The position numbers and the translations under genes were made by a program. From an uncultured Verrucomicrobiota bacterium (GTDB lineage Bacteria > Verrucomicrobiota > Kiritimatiellia > RFP12 > UBA1067), in assembly GCA_946613265.1 (NCBI GenBank), contig CAMOFK010000002.1, forward strand, positions 33,817 to 97,816: DNA of 64,000 nt, in the 5' to 3' direction. The notes under the pieces were generated by a model. It was not told where the DNA came from, ran no database searches, and saw nothing but the letters and a program-made list of their open reading frames with translations. Each line of letters begins with the position of its first letter. Positions within the stretch are counted from its first letter, which is position 1. Of the stretch, positions 8,632 to 19,135 are shown piece by piece.

Positions 8632-11600
8632 ATGTACAAGGCAGTATCCAACAAGGTGGCGTTCCCGGAGATGGAGGAGGAGATCCTCGCATTCTGGGAG
8701 AAGGACGGGACGTTCAAGAAGTCGCTCGCGAAGAATGCGGGCAAGGAGCGCTATAAATTTTACGACGGCCCTCCTTTCGCGACGGGATTGCCGCACTACG
8801 GGCATCTTCTCGCCGGGACGATCAAGGATATCGTGCCGCGCTACCAGACGATGCGCGGCAAGTATGTCGAGCGCCGTTTCGGCTGGGACACCCACGGGTT
8901 GCCGATCGAAGCGCTCGCGCAAGAGGCGCTGGGCGTCTCCGGGGCGCACGAGATAAAGTCCATCGGCATCGACAAGTTCAACGAGCAATGCCGTTCGATG
9001 GTCTTGAAGTACGTCGGCGAATGGCGCAAGACTGTGACGAGGATGGGGCGCTGGGTCGATTTCGACAACGACTACAAGACGATGGATCCGTCGTTCATGG
9101 AGACTATCTGGTGGGTCTTCAAGCAGTTGTGGGAGCAGGGCAGGGTGTACAAGTCCCATCGCATCATGCCGTATTCCTGGAAGCTTTCGACGCCGCTTTC
9201 GAATTTCGAGGCCGGCTCGAACTACAAGGACGTGCAGGATCCTGCCGTGACGGTGCGGGCGAAGGCCGTGCCTTCTTCGATCTCCATCGATTGCCTCAGG
9301 GAGGAAGCGGCGCCCGTGTATCTGCTGATCTGGACGACGACGCCGTGGACGCTTCCGGAGAATCTGGCGATCTGCGCCGGCGCCGGCATCGACTATGTGG
9401 CCGTGCGCGATCTTACGGACGCAGGAAAGCCGGTGTACGTCATGGCGAAGGCGCGGCTGGATTCGATATTCAAGAAGCCCGGGCAGTGCGAGACCGTCGC
9501 GGAGTTCAAGGGGCTTTCCCTCAAGGGCTGGAAATACGAGCCGATCTTCCCGTACTTCGCCGCGAAGGAGGCGGAAGGCGCATTCACCGTCCTCAACGAC
9601 GACTACGTGACCACCGGTGACGGCACGGGCCTCGTGCATATCGCACCGGCCTATGGCGAGGACGACTTCCGCGTCTGCAAGGAAAACGGGATAACGGCAT
9701 TCGCCGATCCGCTCGACGAAGCCTGCGCGTTCACTTCGGCCGTCCCGGAATACGCCGGGCGCTTCTGCAAGGATTGCGACAAGGACATAATCAAGCGCCT
9801 GAAGGCCGAAGGCAAGCTCGTCCACCAGGCGACGATCGTGCACTCCTATCCGTTCTGCGACCGCACCGACACGCCGCTCATCTACCGCGCCATCGACGCC
9901 TGGTACGTGCGCGTCGAGGATTTGCACGACCGCCTCGCGGAGAACAACGCCACCGTGCACTGGACACCGGACTACGTGGGCGACAAGCGCTTCGGGAACT
10001 GGCTGAAGGACGCGAGAGACTGGAACATCTCGCGCAACCGCTTCTGGGGCAGCTGCATTCCCGTTTGGGTGAATGTCGATGATCCTCGGGATATGATATG
10101 CGTGGGCAGCGTCAAGGAGCTGGAGGAGCTTTCCGGCGTCAAAGTCGCCGATCTGCACAAGCATTTCGTGGACAAGATCGTCATCGTGCGCGACGGCAAG
10201 ACGTACCGGCGCACGCCCGAAGTCCTGGACTGCTGGTTTGAATCCGGCTCCATGCCATACGCCCAGCAGCACTACATGGGCGAGGGCGATACTGCGGAAT
10301 TCTTCCCGGCGGACTTCATCGCGGAAGGCCTCGACCAGACGCGCGGGTGGTTCTACACGCTCATGCTGCTCGGCACGATGCTCTTCGGCAAGTCGCCGTA
10401 CAGGAACGTCGTCGTCAACGGGCTGGTGCTCGCCGAGGACGGCAAGAAGATGTCCAAGCGCCTGAAGAACTATCCCGATCCCACGAAGATGCTGGACACG
10501 TACGGCGCGGACGCCATCCGCCTCTACATGATCTACTCTCCGGTGGTGCGCGCGGAGAATCTCAAGTTCTCCGAAAGCGGCGTGAAGCAGCTGATGCGCG
10601 ATTTGCTCATACCGTGGTGGAACGCCTACTCGTTCTTCGTGACGTACGCGAATGTCGATGGCTTCAACGAGCCGGAGATTGCGCCGCCCGGCTCCGCGAA
10701 CGTCCTGGACAAGTGGATCGTTTCTTCGATGGAGACGCTGATAGCCGATGTGACGGCGGCGATGGACGGCTACGATCTCCAGCGCTCCGTGCGGCCGTTC
10801 GTGAAATTCGTCGAAGACCTCACCAACTGGTACATCAGGCGCTCGCGCCGTCGCTTCTGGAAATCGACGAACGACGGCGACAAGCTTTCCGCGTACCGCA
10901 CGCTGCGCTACGTGCTCGTGCAGCTCGCGAAAGTCGCAGCGCCGTTCACGCCGTTCATCGCCGAAGAGATTTTCCGGAATCTGCGCGGCGCGGGCGATCC
11001 CGGCAGCGTGCATCTCTGCGACTTCCCGGAGGCGAACGCGGCCGCGCGCGACCTCGCGCTGGAGCGCCGCATGGCCGCCGTGCAGACCGTTGTCGAACTC
11101 GGCAGGCGCCTCAGATCCGACAACGATCTCAAGGTAAGGCAGCCGCTGGCGGCGATCCGTTTCTCCGGCGCTGATGTCGAAGGCCTGGAGGAGCTGATCG
11201 CCGACGAGCTGAACGTCAAGGCCGTCGAATACGTCGCCGACGAAAAGGCGCTTTGCAACGTCTCCTTCAAGGCGAACTTCAAGACGCTCGGCAAGAAGTG
11301 TGGAGCGAAGATGAAGGCGGTGGCGGCGGCGATCGCTTCTTCCGGCGCCGAAGGGCTGGGCGTGAAGACGGTTGTTCTCGAAGGCGTCGAAATCGAGCCG
11401 GAGGATGTGATAGTCACGCGCTCGCCGAAGGCCGGCCTCGTCGTCGCTTCGGAAGGCGCGGTCGTCGTGGCGCTCGAGACGGCGCTGACGCCCGCGCTCG
11501 TCGCGGAAGGGCTGGCGCGCGAATTCGTGAGCCACGTGCAGTCGATGCGCAAGGAGGCGGATTTCGAAGTCGTGCAGCGCATCGCGCTTCGCGTGGAGTG

Positions 11601-11757
11601 CGACGAGGAAATGCGCGCGGCTCTCGAGGAGCATGCGGCGTATGTGAAGGGCGAGACGCTGGCGCTTTCGCTCGAATTCGCGCCGGCTCCGGAAAGCGCG
11701 CCGGTCGTGCTGAACGGCCGCGAAACACGAATCTCAATATCCAAAGCAGGGGAATAA
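8632..11757 (+). CDS. ileS: Isoleucyl-tRNA synthetase
   Basis: HIGH-type motif PHYGHLLAG, KMSKR (KMSKS) motif, editing and anticodon-binding regions, 1041 aa. Confidence 0.95.
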   Translation: MYKAVSNKVAFPEMEEEILAFWEKDGTFKKSLAKNAGKERYKFYDGPPFATGLPHYGHLLAGTIKDIVPRYQTMRGKYVERRFGWDTHGLPIEALAQEALGVSGAHEIKSIGIDKFNEQCRSMVLKYVGEWRKTVTRMGRWVDFDNDYKTMDPSFMETIWWVFKQLWEQGRVYKSHRIMPYSWKLSTPLSNFEAGSNYKDVQDPAVTVRAKAVPSSISIDCLREEAAPVYLLIWTTTPWTLPENLAICAGAGIDYVAVRDLTDAGKPVYVMAKARLDSIFKKPGQCETVAEFKGLSLKGWKYEPIFPYFAAKEAEGAFTVLNDDYVTTGDGTGLVHIAPAYGEDDFRVCKENGITAFADPLDEACAFTSAVPEYAGRFCKDCDKDIIKRLKAEGKLVHQATIVHSYPFCDRTDTPLIYRAIDAWYVRVEDLHDRLAENNATVHWTPDYVGDKRFGNWLKDARDWNISRNRFWGSCIPVWVNVDDPRDMICVGSVKELEELSGVKVADLHKHFVDKIVIVRDGKTYRRTPEVLDCWFESGSMPYAQQHYMGEGDTAEFFPADFIAEGLDQTRGWFYTLMLLGTMLFGKSPYRNVVVNGLVLAEDGKKMSKRLKNYPDPTKMLDTYGADAIRLYMIYSPVVRAENLKFSESGVKQLMRDLLIPWWNAYSFFVTYANVDGFNEPEIAPPGSANVLDKWIVSSMETLIADVTAAMDGYDLQRSVRPFVKFVEDLTNWYIRRSRRRFWKSTNDGDKLSAYRTLRYVLVQLAKVAAPFTPFIAEEIFRNLRGAGDPGSVHLCDFPEANAAARDLALERRMAAVQTVVELGRRLRSDNDLKVRQPLAAIRFSGADVEGLEELIADELNVKAVEYVADEKALCNVSFKANFKTLGKKCGAKMKAVAAAIASSGAEGLGVKTVVLEGVEIEPEDVIVTRSPKAGLVVASEGAVVVALETALTPALVAEGLAREFVSHVQSMRKEADFEVVQRIALRVECDEEMRAALEEHAAYVKGETLALSLEFAPAPESAPVVLNGRETRISISKAGE

Positions 11758-11760
11758 GAC

Positions 11761-13212
11761 ATGGCACTGTTCATAGGCGGTATGTTGTTCTTGCTCGCCG
11801 GCTACTTCGGCTGGGGCAGGATAGTAGAGAAGATATTCGCTCCGGACGATCGCAAGCCTCCGGCGCTCGCCAATCCTGATGGCGTGGACGTGCTTCCGCT
11901 TCCGCAGTGGAAGAACATGCTCATCCAGCTTCTGAACATCGCCGGCGTAGGACCAGTCATCGGCGTCATCCTCGGGATAAAGTTCGGCAAGATCGCCCTA
12001 TTGATAATACCGGTCGGCTGCGTGTTCATGGGCGCGGTGCACGATTTCGCCGCTGGCATGATGTCTCTGCGGATGAACGGTGCGAATCTGCCGAAGATCG
12101 TCCGCGAGCTGCTGGGCAGGAAATACGCGACGGTGTTTTCGTGGTTCATGATCGTGCTGCTGCTGCTCGTCGTGGCCGTGTTCATCAACGTCCCGGCCAC
12201 GCTGATCGACAAGACCGTGTTCCCGGAGACGTCGTTCTTCTGGCCGGTCGTCGCGGCCATATTCATCTACTACGTGGCGGCGACGCTTTTCCCCGTGGAC
12301 AAGATCATCGGCCGCGTGTATCCATTGTTCGGCGCGCTTCTCGTCGCGGGGTCGCTGGCGATTTCCATCGCGCTTCTCGTCGCCGGCTTCAAGACGCCGG
12401 AGATTCTCGACGACTGCGCGCATTTCGCGGATTTCAAGGCGGCCAATCCTCTCTTCCCCTGCCTGTTCGTGACGATCGCATGCGGAATCATCTCCGGCTT
12501 CCACGCGACGCAAAGCCCGATCGTCGCGCGCACGATGACGAGCGAGCGCCAGGCGAAATCGACGTTCTTCGGCATGATGGTCGCGGAAGGGGCGATAGCG
12601 ATGATATGGGCGGCCGCGGCGCTGGCGATATACAATATCGCGCCCTCGAACATATCGCTTCCGGGGCCTGCCGTGCTGGGCAACATAACGACGCATTTCC
12701 TCGGCAAGTGGATGGGCGGCGTCACGGTGTTCGCGATCGTCGCGCTCGCCGTGACGAGCGGCGACACGGCGCTGCGCTCTTCGCGGCTGGGCATCGGCGA
12801 GATGTTCGCGATCGACCAGGTGAAAGTCTCCACGCGCGTGCTCACGTGCTTGCCGCTCGTCGTCATCGTGGCGATTCTTCTCTGGTGGTCGAACACGAGC
12901 GCGAAGTCCTTCAACAATCTCTGGAACTATTTCGCGTGGGGCAACCAGATGCTTTCCGCCACGACGCTTCTGGCCGGCACGGCCTGGCTGCTGCGCAAGG
13001 GGCGCAGGGCGGCCGCGCTTGTCACGCTCGTGCCGGGTTTCTTCATGACCGCCGTAGTAGTGACCTTCATACTCTGGACGCCCGGGACCGGCGGGCAGCC
13101 GTGGGGGCTGGTGCCTGGCGGGCTTCCGCTGTGGGCGGCGTCGTCGATCGGCGCGCTGGCTGCCGCGGCCGCATCCGTTTTCGTGGTGCGCGCCAACATG
13201 AAGAAGGCGTAA
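11761..13212 (+). CDS. cstA: Carbon starvation protein A family membrane transporter
   Basis: Polytopic membrane protein. N-terminus matches the conserved CstA start (…GWGRIVEKIFAPDDRKPPA…GVDVLPLPQWKNMLIQLLNIAGVGPVIGVILG…). Confidence 0.9.
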   Translation: MALFIGGMLFLLAGYFGWGRIVEKIFAPDDRKPPALANPDGVDVLPLPQWKNMLIQLLNIAGVGPVIGVILGIKFGKIALLIIPVGCVFMGAVHDFAAGMMSLRMNGANLPKIVRELLGRKYATVFSWFMIVLLLLVVAVFINVPATLIDKTVFPETSFFWPVVAAIFIYYVAATLFPVDKIIGRVYPLFGALLVAGSLAISIALLVAGFKTPEILDDCAHFADFKAANPLFPCLFVTIACGIISGFHATQSPIVARTMTSERQAKSTFFGMMVAEGAIAMIWAAAALAIYNIAPSNISLPGPAVLGNITTHFLGKWMGGVTVFAIVALAVTSGDTALRSSRLGIGEMFAIDQVKVSTRVLTCLPLVVIVAILLWWSNTSAKSFNNLWNYFAWGNQMLSATTLLAGTAWLLRKGRRAAALVTLVPGFFMTAVVVTFILWTPGTGGQPWGLVPGGLPLWAASSIGALAAAAASVFVVRANMKKA

Positions 13213-13294
13213 ACGCGGCGGCGCCGGGGAGAGCGGGTGGAGGACGAGCGAAACATCAGGAGATCAAGGCGCTTGCGCCTGCGAAACAAAGCGA

Positions 13295-14722
13295 GTGAAA
13301 TATTTCGTGTTTATCGTCGCTGCGCTCGGCGTTCCGCCTTTCGCATTCGTGCTGTCGCAGAACAAGCGATGGATACGCTATGCGTTCGTCGGCATAATCG
13401 TCGCGATGTGCATGTACATCAACACGTCGATAAACTTCTTCTCGCACGAACACTACCGCGGAAGCGCGCGCGGCATGGAGGTGAGCCTCGCGCATCTGAT
13501 GGCATGGGCGGTGATAGGCGCGCTGATGATTTCCGGGAAATTCAAGAAGTGGGTTCCGGAGACGGGGTACGTGCTGTACATAATCTATTTCCTGCTCTGC
13601 CTGCCCAGCATGTCATCGGCGGAGGACAAGCTGATCGCGTGGTTCGAAGTCTGGAAGATGATCATGCTCTATTTCTTCTATGTGGCGGTGTACAGCTACA
13701 TGGACGCGACGGAGGATATAAAGACGGTTGTGAAGGGCCTGGCGATTTTCGCGATCGTTAACATGCTCACCGTCGTGAAGGACCATCTGAGCGGGATATA
13801 CCAGCCTCACGGGGTGTTCCCGCACCAGAACTGCATGGCCGTCGCGATGCATCTTTTCGGCTCCATGTTCTTCGCCGCGTATCTGGCGAACGGCGTGCGC
13901 AAGCCTTTCGGGAAGCTCTGCTTCGCGGCGTTCGCGATGGCGGCGGCGGCGACGGCGCGCTCGTATTCGCGAATGGCGCTGGCGCTCATGCCGGTCGGCT
14001 ACGGGATAGCGTTTGTGTTCTGCGTCTTCGTAGGCAAGACGAAGCGCTGGCTGTCGCGAATCGCGCCTATCGCCGTAATGGGCATGCTGGCGTTCGCCGC
14101 GATACTGCCGAGGATAATCGAGCGCTTCGTGAACGCCCCGGAAGCTTCGGGGAACACGCGCGTGGAGCTTGCGCTTTGCGCCTGGGAGATGATAAAGGAC
14201 GAGCCGTGGCGCGGCGTGGGGATAAACAACTGGGGCATCAAGATCAACCCGCCGTACGAATACGCCGAACTCGCCGGGCGCATCACGAATCGCGGCGAAG
14301 ATTTCCGCGACGGCATTGTCGAGACGGTGTATCTGCTCGTGGGCGCGGAGTGCGGGCTGCCTGCGCTCGCGGCGATGCTGGCGTGGTATCTATGGCATCT
14401 CTACAGCTGCATCCGCCTCGTGCCGCGCCTGAAAGGCACGAAGTGGATGTTCATTCCGGCGGGGCTGGCCGGCGGTTTGACCATCGCCTATCTGCAAAGC
14501 TGCATGGAGTGGGTGTTCCGCCAGCAGCTGAATCTGATTTGCCTGATGTTCTTCTTCGCGCTCATCAGCTACTTGAACAAGAATTGGCGGCGTCTGCGCA
14601 TCGAGGAGGGCTTGCCGGTCGAGCCGGAGAAGCTTCGCCTCGTGCGCCATATGAGGCCGCTGCAGAGATTGATCGACCGCGCGCACGGAAGGGCGCGGCG
14701 CATGCGGCGCGCCGGCGGCTAG
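13295..14722 (+). CDS. O-antigen ligase / polymerase-like (Wzy_C family) integral membrane protein
   Basis: About 10 TM segments. GVGINNWG and VETVYLLVGAECGLPAL motifs resemble the Wzy_C periplasmic loop region. Sits next to a glycosyltransferase and a flippase. Confidence 0.55.
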   Translation: MKYFVFIVAALGVPPFAFVLSQNKRWIRYAFVGIIVAMCMYINTSINFFSHEHYRGSARGMEVSLAHLMAWAVIGALMISGKFKKWVPETGYVLYIIYFLLCLPSMSSAEDKLIAWFEVWKMIMLYFFYVAVYSYMDATEDIKTVVKGLAIFAIVNMLTVVKDHLSGIYQPHGVFPHQNCMAVAMHLFGSMFFAAYLANGVRKPFGKLCFAAFAMAAAATARSYSRMALALMPVGYGIAFVFCVFVGKTKRWLSRIAPIAVMGMLAFAAILPRIIERFVNAPEASGNTRVELALCAWEMIKDEPWRGVGINNWGIKINPPYEYAELAGRITNRGEDFRDGIVETVYLLVGAECGLPALAAMLAWYLWHLYSCIRLVPRLKGTKWMFIPAGLAGGLTIAYLQSCMEWVFRQQLNLICLMFFFALISYLNKNWRRLRIEEGLPVEPEKLRLVRHMRPLQRLIDRAHGRARRMRRAGG

Positions 14723-14851
14723 CCGGGCGTCGCCGCGGTGCGAGGTGTCAAGGTCAATATATATGTATGCGATGCGAGAAGGAGACGAAAGAGGGATGGA
14801 TATGCGGGTGGCGTAAAAGCTTCACGGTGGAAATCGGGAAGGAGTCGGCAG

Positions 14852-15826
14852 ATGGAAAACGGCGAAGCGCTGAATACGATCGTCACGATAGGCGACAAAC
14901 ACTACATCTGGGGCATTTTCATGCTGATAGCATCGGCGCGGAAGGCTGGCATGCGCGAGCCTTTCCTCGTCGGCGCCATGGATTTCCCCCCGGAAGCCGG
15001 CAAGGTGTTGGAGCAGTTCGGCGATGTCGCGCTCGTCCATCTAGGCGACACCGGGCGCTCGCTCGCCTGCATGAAGGCGAAGCTGATGATGGATGCAAAG
15101 ACGCCGTTCGTTACATGGGCGGACGCCGATGCGTTCTTCACCGGCAACGTATCTGAGATGCTGGCGCCGCCCAGCCACGAAGAAGCGCGTTTCCGCCTGC
15201 GCACGCCCTCCGAGATGCCCGCCGCTTTCAAGGGCCATGTCTTCGGCGAAGACGGCACGCACATCCCTGTCGCCGTGCTCGAGCAGTGGCAGCGCGATGT
15301 CGCCGCCGTCGCCGGAGAAACACTGGAGAAAGCGCGCTACACGACAAGCGGCTCGTCGGCGTTTTTCTCGATTTCGCTGGCGCGGCACCGCCGTTTTCTG
15401 GAGCTTTGGTACGAGTTGGAAAGTCGCGTGCTGCCGGTGCGCAATGTCGGCGTGGTCGATGATGCGTTGAAGTTCTACCATCAGCTCGACGAAAGCACGC
15501 TGAACGCCTGCTTGAATTTCATCAAGGATGCGCCGCTCGTCAAAAGCCCGTTCGGGTTGAACAGGGATCGCAAGCGGCTTTTCGCGCATTTCATCGCGCA
15601 TCCGAAGCCGTGGGAAGGCTGGACGAAGAGGGCTTTGCGCTTCTACGACGACTACATCGGCGTGCTGGACTGGGCGCTTGCGCAAGGCTATGCGCCGCCT
15701 GGCCCGGTTCCCTTTTCGCTGAAGAGGCGCAACGGGAAGCTGTGCCGTCGCCTCGCGCCGTTCGTCGAGCTGGCGGCGAGGATCATGCGTCGACTCAAGA
15801 GATATGTGCGCATGGCCTGCGCGTGA
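14852..15826 (+). CDS. Putative GT-A-type glycosyltransferase (nucleotide-diphospho-sugar transferase fold). Start chosen at MENGEAL behind a GGAAGGAG RBS.
   Basis: RBS 8 nt upstream. DADAFF (DxD-like) motif. No closer family call is possible from sequence alone. Confidence 0.4.
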   Translation: MENGEALNTIVTIGDKHYIWGIFMLIASARKAGMREPFLVGAMDFPPEAGKVLEQFGDVALVHLGDTGRSLACMKAKLMMDAKTPFVTWADADAFFTGNVSEMLAPPSHEEARFRLRTPSEMPAAFKGHVFGEDGTHIPVAVLEQWQRDVAAVAGETLEKARYTTSGSSAFFSISLARHRRFLELWYELESRVLPVRNVGVVDDALKFYHQLDESTLNACLNFIKDAPLVKSPFGLNRDRKRLFAHFIAHPKPWEGWTKRALRFYDDYIGVLDWALAQGYAPPGPVPFSLKRRNGKLCRRLAPFVELAARIMRRLKRYVRMACA

Positions 15827-15882
15827 ACACGGACTGGCGGATGTATCGCAGGCGCTTCATATGAGCACGGGAGCATCGAAGG

Positions 15883-17400
15883 ATGAAGCTGGATTTTGCT
15901 AGACATGCCAAGCGGAATATGGTGGCGGCGTTCTTGAACAGCGGCGTCCGTCTCGTCTTTCCGTTTCTGAACCGCACGCTTTTTCTGTGGCTGCTCGGCC
16001 CGGAGTATCTCGGCCTGAACGGCCTCTTCGGCTCCATACTCGGCATGCTGATGCTGGCGGAGCTGGGCTTCGGCATCGCCGTCATATCTTCGATGTACAA
16101 GCCGGTCGCCGATGACGACCACGAGCTTGTCTGTGCATATCTGGCGTTCTACCGCACGATATACCGGTGGGTGGGGGCGGCGGTCTTCACGATCGGCCTC
16201 TGCCTGATGCCGTTTCTGCGGCAGCTCGTGCATGGCGAGGTCCCTGCGGATATCAACTTGCACGTACTGTATTTCATCCATCTCGTCAACGTGGCGACGA
16301 GCTATTTCCTCTTCGCCTACCGCGGCTCGGTGCTTGGCGTGCACGCCCGCAAGGATGTGATCACCCACATCGGCACCTGCGTCTCCGTCGCGCAGTACAT
16401 AACCGTGTTCTTGATTCTGTTCTTGACGCGCAACTACTACTATTACGTGATCGCGACGGTGGCGTTCACAGTGGTGCAGAATCTCTCGCTGTACTGGGCT
16501 TCGAACAAGCTCTTCCCGCACATCCAGCCTTTCGGGAAACTCGATGCGGCGCGCCGCCGCGCCGTCGTCTCCGATGTAAAGGCGGTATTCATGCACAAGA
16601 TCGGCGGCGTCGTCACGAACTTCGCCGACAATCTCGTGATTTCGTCTTTCCTAGGCCTCGTCGCGGTCGCCGCCTACGGCAACTATTATTATGTGCTTAC
16701 GTCCGTCGGCGGACTGGTCGCGGCGGTGTATTCGTCGATGCTGGGCGGCTTCGGCAACAAGATACACACGGAGTCGAAAGAGGACAACTTCCGTCTCTTC
16801 ATGAAGGCCAACCACCTCGTCCTCACGGTCGCGATGTGGTGCGCGGCGATGATGGCCGCGCTCTACCAGCCTTTCATATCGGTTTGGACGCGCGACAATC
16901 CGCAGCTGGCGCGCCACGCGCTCACGCCCGTTTTGATGGTGCTGTTCTTCTATGTGGCGCAGTCGCGCCAGATTCTCCAGACATTCAAGACGGCCGCGGC
17001 GCTCTGGAAAGCCGACAGGTGGAGCCCGTTCGTCACGGCGCTCCTGAATCTCGGCGTCAATATCGCGCTCGTTCTTCTGCTTCCGGAAGCCTACAAGCTC
17101 GACGGCGTGATATTCTCGACGATATTCTCGTACGTCCTCGTCCAGATTCCTTGGGAAACGCGCGTGCTCTTCACGAAATTCTTCGACGGCGCCGAGGCGC
17201 TCAAGTATCTGCGCATGCAGGGCGTGTTCGCCGCGCAGGCGCTAGCCGTGTGCGCGCTGACGTGGGCGGCCGCACGCGTCGTCTCGCTCGACGGCGTTGC
17301 GGGATTGGCCGCGAAGGGGGCGGTTGCGGGAGCCGCCGCCACGGCGCTTGTCGCGGCGCTGCACGGCAAGGCGCTGCTCGGGATGCTGCGCAGGAAATAA
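15883..17400 (+). CDS. wzx: Polysaccharide biosynthesis protein / oligosaccharide flippase (Wzx/RfbX family)
   Basis: 12-14 TM helices. N-terminal signature NMVAAFLNSGVRLVFPFLNRTLFLWLLGPEYLGLNGLF…SMYKPVADDD…YLAFYRTIY is typical of PF01943. Confidence 0.8.
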   Translation: MKLDFARHAKRNMVAAFLNSGVRLVFPFLNRTLFLWLLGPEYLGLNGLFGSILGMLMLAELGFGIAVISSMYKPVADDDHELVCAYLAFYRTIYRWVGAAVFTIGLCLMPFLRQLVHGEVPADINLHVLYFIHLVNVATSYFLFAYRGSVLGVHARKDVITHIGTCVSVAQYITVFLILFLTRNYYYYVIATVAFTVVQNLSLYWASNKLFPHIQPFGKLDAARRRAVVSDVKAVFMHKIGGVVTNFADNLVISSFLGLVAVAAYGNYYYVLTSVGGLVAAVYSSMLGGFGNKIHTESKEDNFRLFMKANHLVLTVAMWCAAMMAALYQPFISVWTRDNPQLARHALTPVLMVLFFYVAQSRQILQTFKTAAALWKADRWSPFVTALLNLGVNIALVLLLPEAYKLDGVIFSTIFSYVLVQIPWETRVLFTKFFDGAEALKYLRMQGVFAAQALAVCALTWAAARVVSLDGVAGLAAKGAVAGAAATALVAALHGKALLGMLRRK

Positions 17401-17418
17401 CTGCACGGAGACTGACGC

Positions 17419-18510
17419 ATGGCGGAATCTGCTGGAGAGAAGACGGAGATGCCGACGCCCAAGAAGCTGCGCGACGCGCGGCAGAAGGGGCAGGTCTGCT
17501 CTTCCAAAGACATCGTCTCCACAGCCATACTCATCGTTCTCTTCTGCGTGCTCGGCTGGATGGGGGTCGCGCTGATGGACGATTCCGGCAATCTCCTGCG
17601 GCTTGTGGGCGCGTCCGTCGAAAAGAACGACATGTTCGGGCTGGGCGAGACGATGAAGCTTACGGCGTTCACGATATGCAAGCATTCCTTCATATTCGTG
17701 ATCGTCGCGGCGGTCATCGGCGTCGTGGGGAACGTGGCGCAGATAGGCTTCCTTTTCACTTTCGAGCCGATCGTCCCGAAGCTGGAAAAGCTCAACCCGG
17801 TAGAAGGCGCGAAGAAAATCTTCTCTATGAAGAATCTTTTCGAGTTCCTGAAAAACGTCGTCAAGGTCACTTTCCTCGGATACCTCGTATATAAGATCAT
17901 ATTGGCCAGCGTCCCGGAGCTGCTTACGATGTGCTACGGCACGCTGGACGACATCTTCCCCTGCCTGCGGCTGATGCTGAAACGCATGGCCATCTATACG
18001 GCCTTCGGGTATATCGTGATAGCGATTGTCGATCGCATCTTCCAGGGCAAGAATTTCACCAAGCAGATGATGATGACGAAGGACGAAGTCAAGCGCGAAT
18101 ACAAGGAGATGGAAGGCTCCGCGGAAGTCAAGCAGGCGCAGCGCCAGTTCCGCGACGAACTCCTCAACGGCCCAGACCCCGCCGCCGCTGCGAAGAAATC
18201 TGATGTCGTCGTCACCAACCCGACGCATCTGGCGGTCGGCATACGCTACGATGTCGAGGAAGCGCCGCTGCCGCGCATATGCGCGGCGGGCGCCGACGAT
18301 GTCGCGAAAATCATCCGCGAGACGGCTCTCGCGGAAGGCATACCGGTAATGGAGGACGTGCCGCTTGCGCGCGCCCTCTACGCCGGCGGCAAGGTGGAGG
18401 AATTCGTCCCCGAGGCGCTTCTCGAGCCTGTCGCCGAAGTCCTCAAGTGGGCGAAAGCCATCAAGGAAGCAAAGAAGGAAGAAGATGAATTGGACAGCGT
18501 GACGATCTGA
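17419..18510 (+). CDS. flhB: FlhB/YscU/EscU-family type III secretion export-apparatus switch protein
   Basis: N-terminal EKTEMPTPKKLRDARQKGQV. Four TM helices. KLNPVEGAKKIF motif. NPTH autocleavage site (VVVTNPTHLAVGIRY) and C-terminal PLARALY. Confidence 0.9.
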   Translation: MAESAGEKTEMPTPKKLRDARQKGQVCSSKDIVSTAILIVLFCVLGWMGVALMDDSGNLLRLVGASVEKNDMFGLGETMKLTAFTICKHSFIFVIVAAVIGVVGNVAQIGFLFTFEPIVPKLEKLNPVEGAKKIFSMKNLFEFLKNVVKVTFLGYLVYKIILASVPELLTMCYGTLDDIFPCLRLMLKRMAIYTAFGYIVIAIVDRIFQGKNFTKQMMMTKDEVKREYKEMEGSAEVKQAQRQFRDELLNGPDPAAAAKKSDVVVTNPTHLAVGIRYDVEEAPLPRICAAGADDVAKIIRETALAEGIPVMEDVPLARALYAGGKVEEFVPEALLEPVAEVLKWAKAIKEAKKEEDELDSVTI

Positions 18511-18604
18511 CGCGCCGCAAGCAAACCCGGAAGGGCGGCCGCGAGTCCAGCCAAGACCGCGCCGCCGGCCCCGCGAACTCCCGAAAGCCTCAAAATACGC
18601 AGAC

Positions 18605-19102
18605 ATGACAATAGAAGAGCATTACGCGGCCATCGCGCCGCGCCTCACAAACTGGCTCGTCTCCACCGGCAGCCGGTATGAAGACGCCTGCGACCTCGTG
18701 CAGCAGGTTTTTCTGAAGCTCTGGAAGATGCGCGACGATCTTCGCGACAGCGACGCGGCCGTTTCCGGGCTGGCGTTCACTATGGCGAAGAATCTGCGGA
18801 AGAACGCCATCCGCGACGACAGCAGAATCACCTTCAAAGAGGAGATTCTCGAAGAAGACGCGGGCAGCGCCACCACAGGCATGATGCCTTCCGACAACGC
18901 ATATCTGCGAAAGCGCCTCAATGCCGCGTTCGCGAAGCTGCCGCCGAATCTTCGCGAGGCGTACACCCTTTTCCAGGTCGGCGAGCTTTCCATACGCGAG
19001 ATCGCGCACGAGACGGGCGTAAGCGAAGGCCTTGTCAAAGTCCGCATTCACCGCGCAAAAGAAAAATTGCGCGAAATTCTCGCCGACCTTGTAACCTTTT
19101 AG
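18605..19102 (+). CDS. ECF-type RNA polymerase sigma-70 family factor
   Basis: Region 2 (DLVQQVFLKLWKMRDDL) and a region 4 HTH (LSIREIAHETGVSEGLVKVRIHRAKEKLR), 165 aa. Confidence 0.8.
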   Translation: MTIEEHYAAIAPRLTNWLVSTGSRYEDACDLVQQVFLKLWKMRDDLRDSDAAVSGLAFTMAKNLRKNAIRDDSRITFKEEILEEDAGSATTGMMPSDNAYLRKRLNAAFAKLPPNLREAYTLFQVGELSIREIAHETGVSEGLVKVRIHRAKEKLREILADLVTF

Positions 19103-19135
19103 GAGAGCGCGGGTATTCCACGCGGAGACAATGCT

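Noticed and set aside
17419-18510. flhB as evidence that the organism is flagellated.
   Set aside because: No other flagellar genes occur in 64 kb and the gene is not in a fli/flh operon context. FlhB and SctU cannot be told apart without phylogeny.
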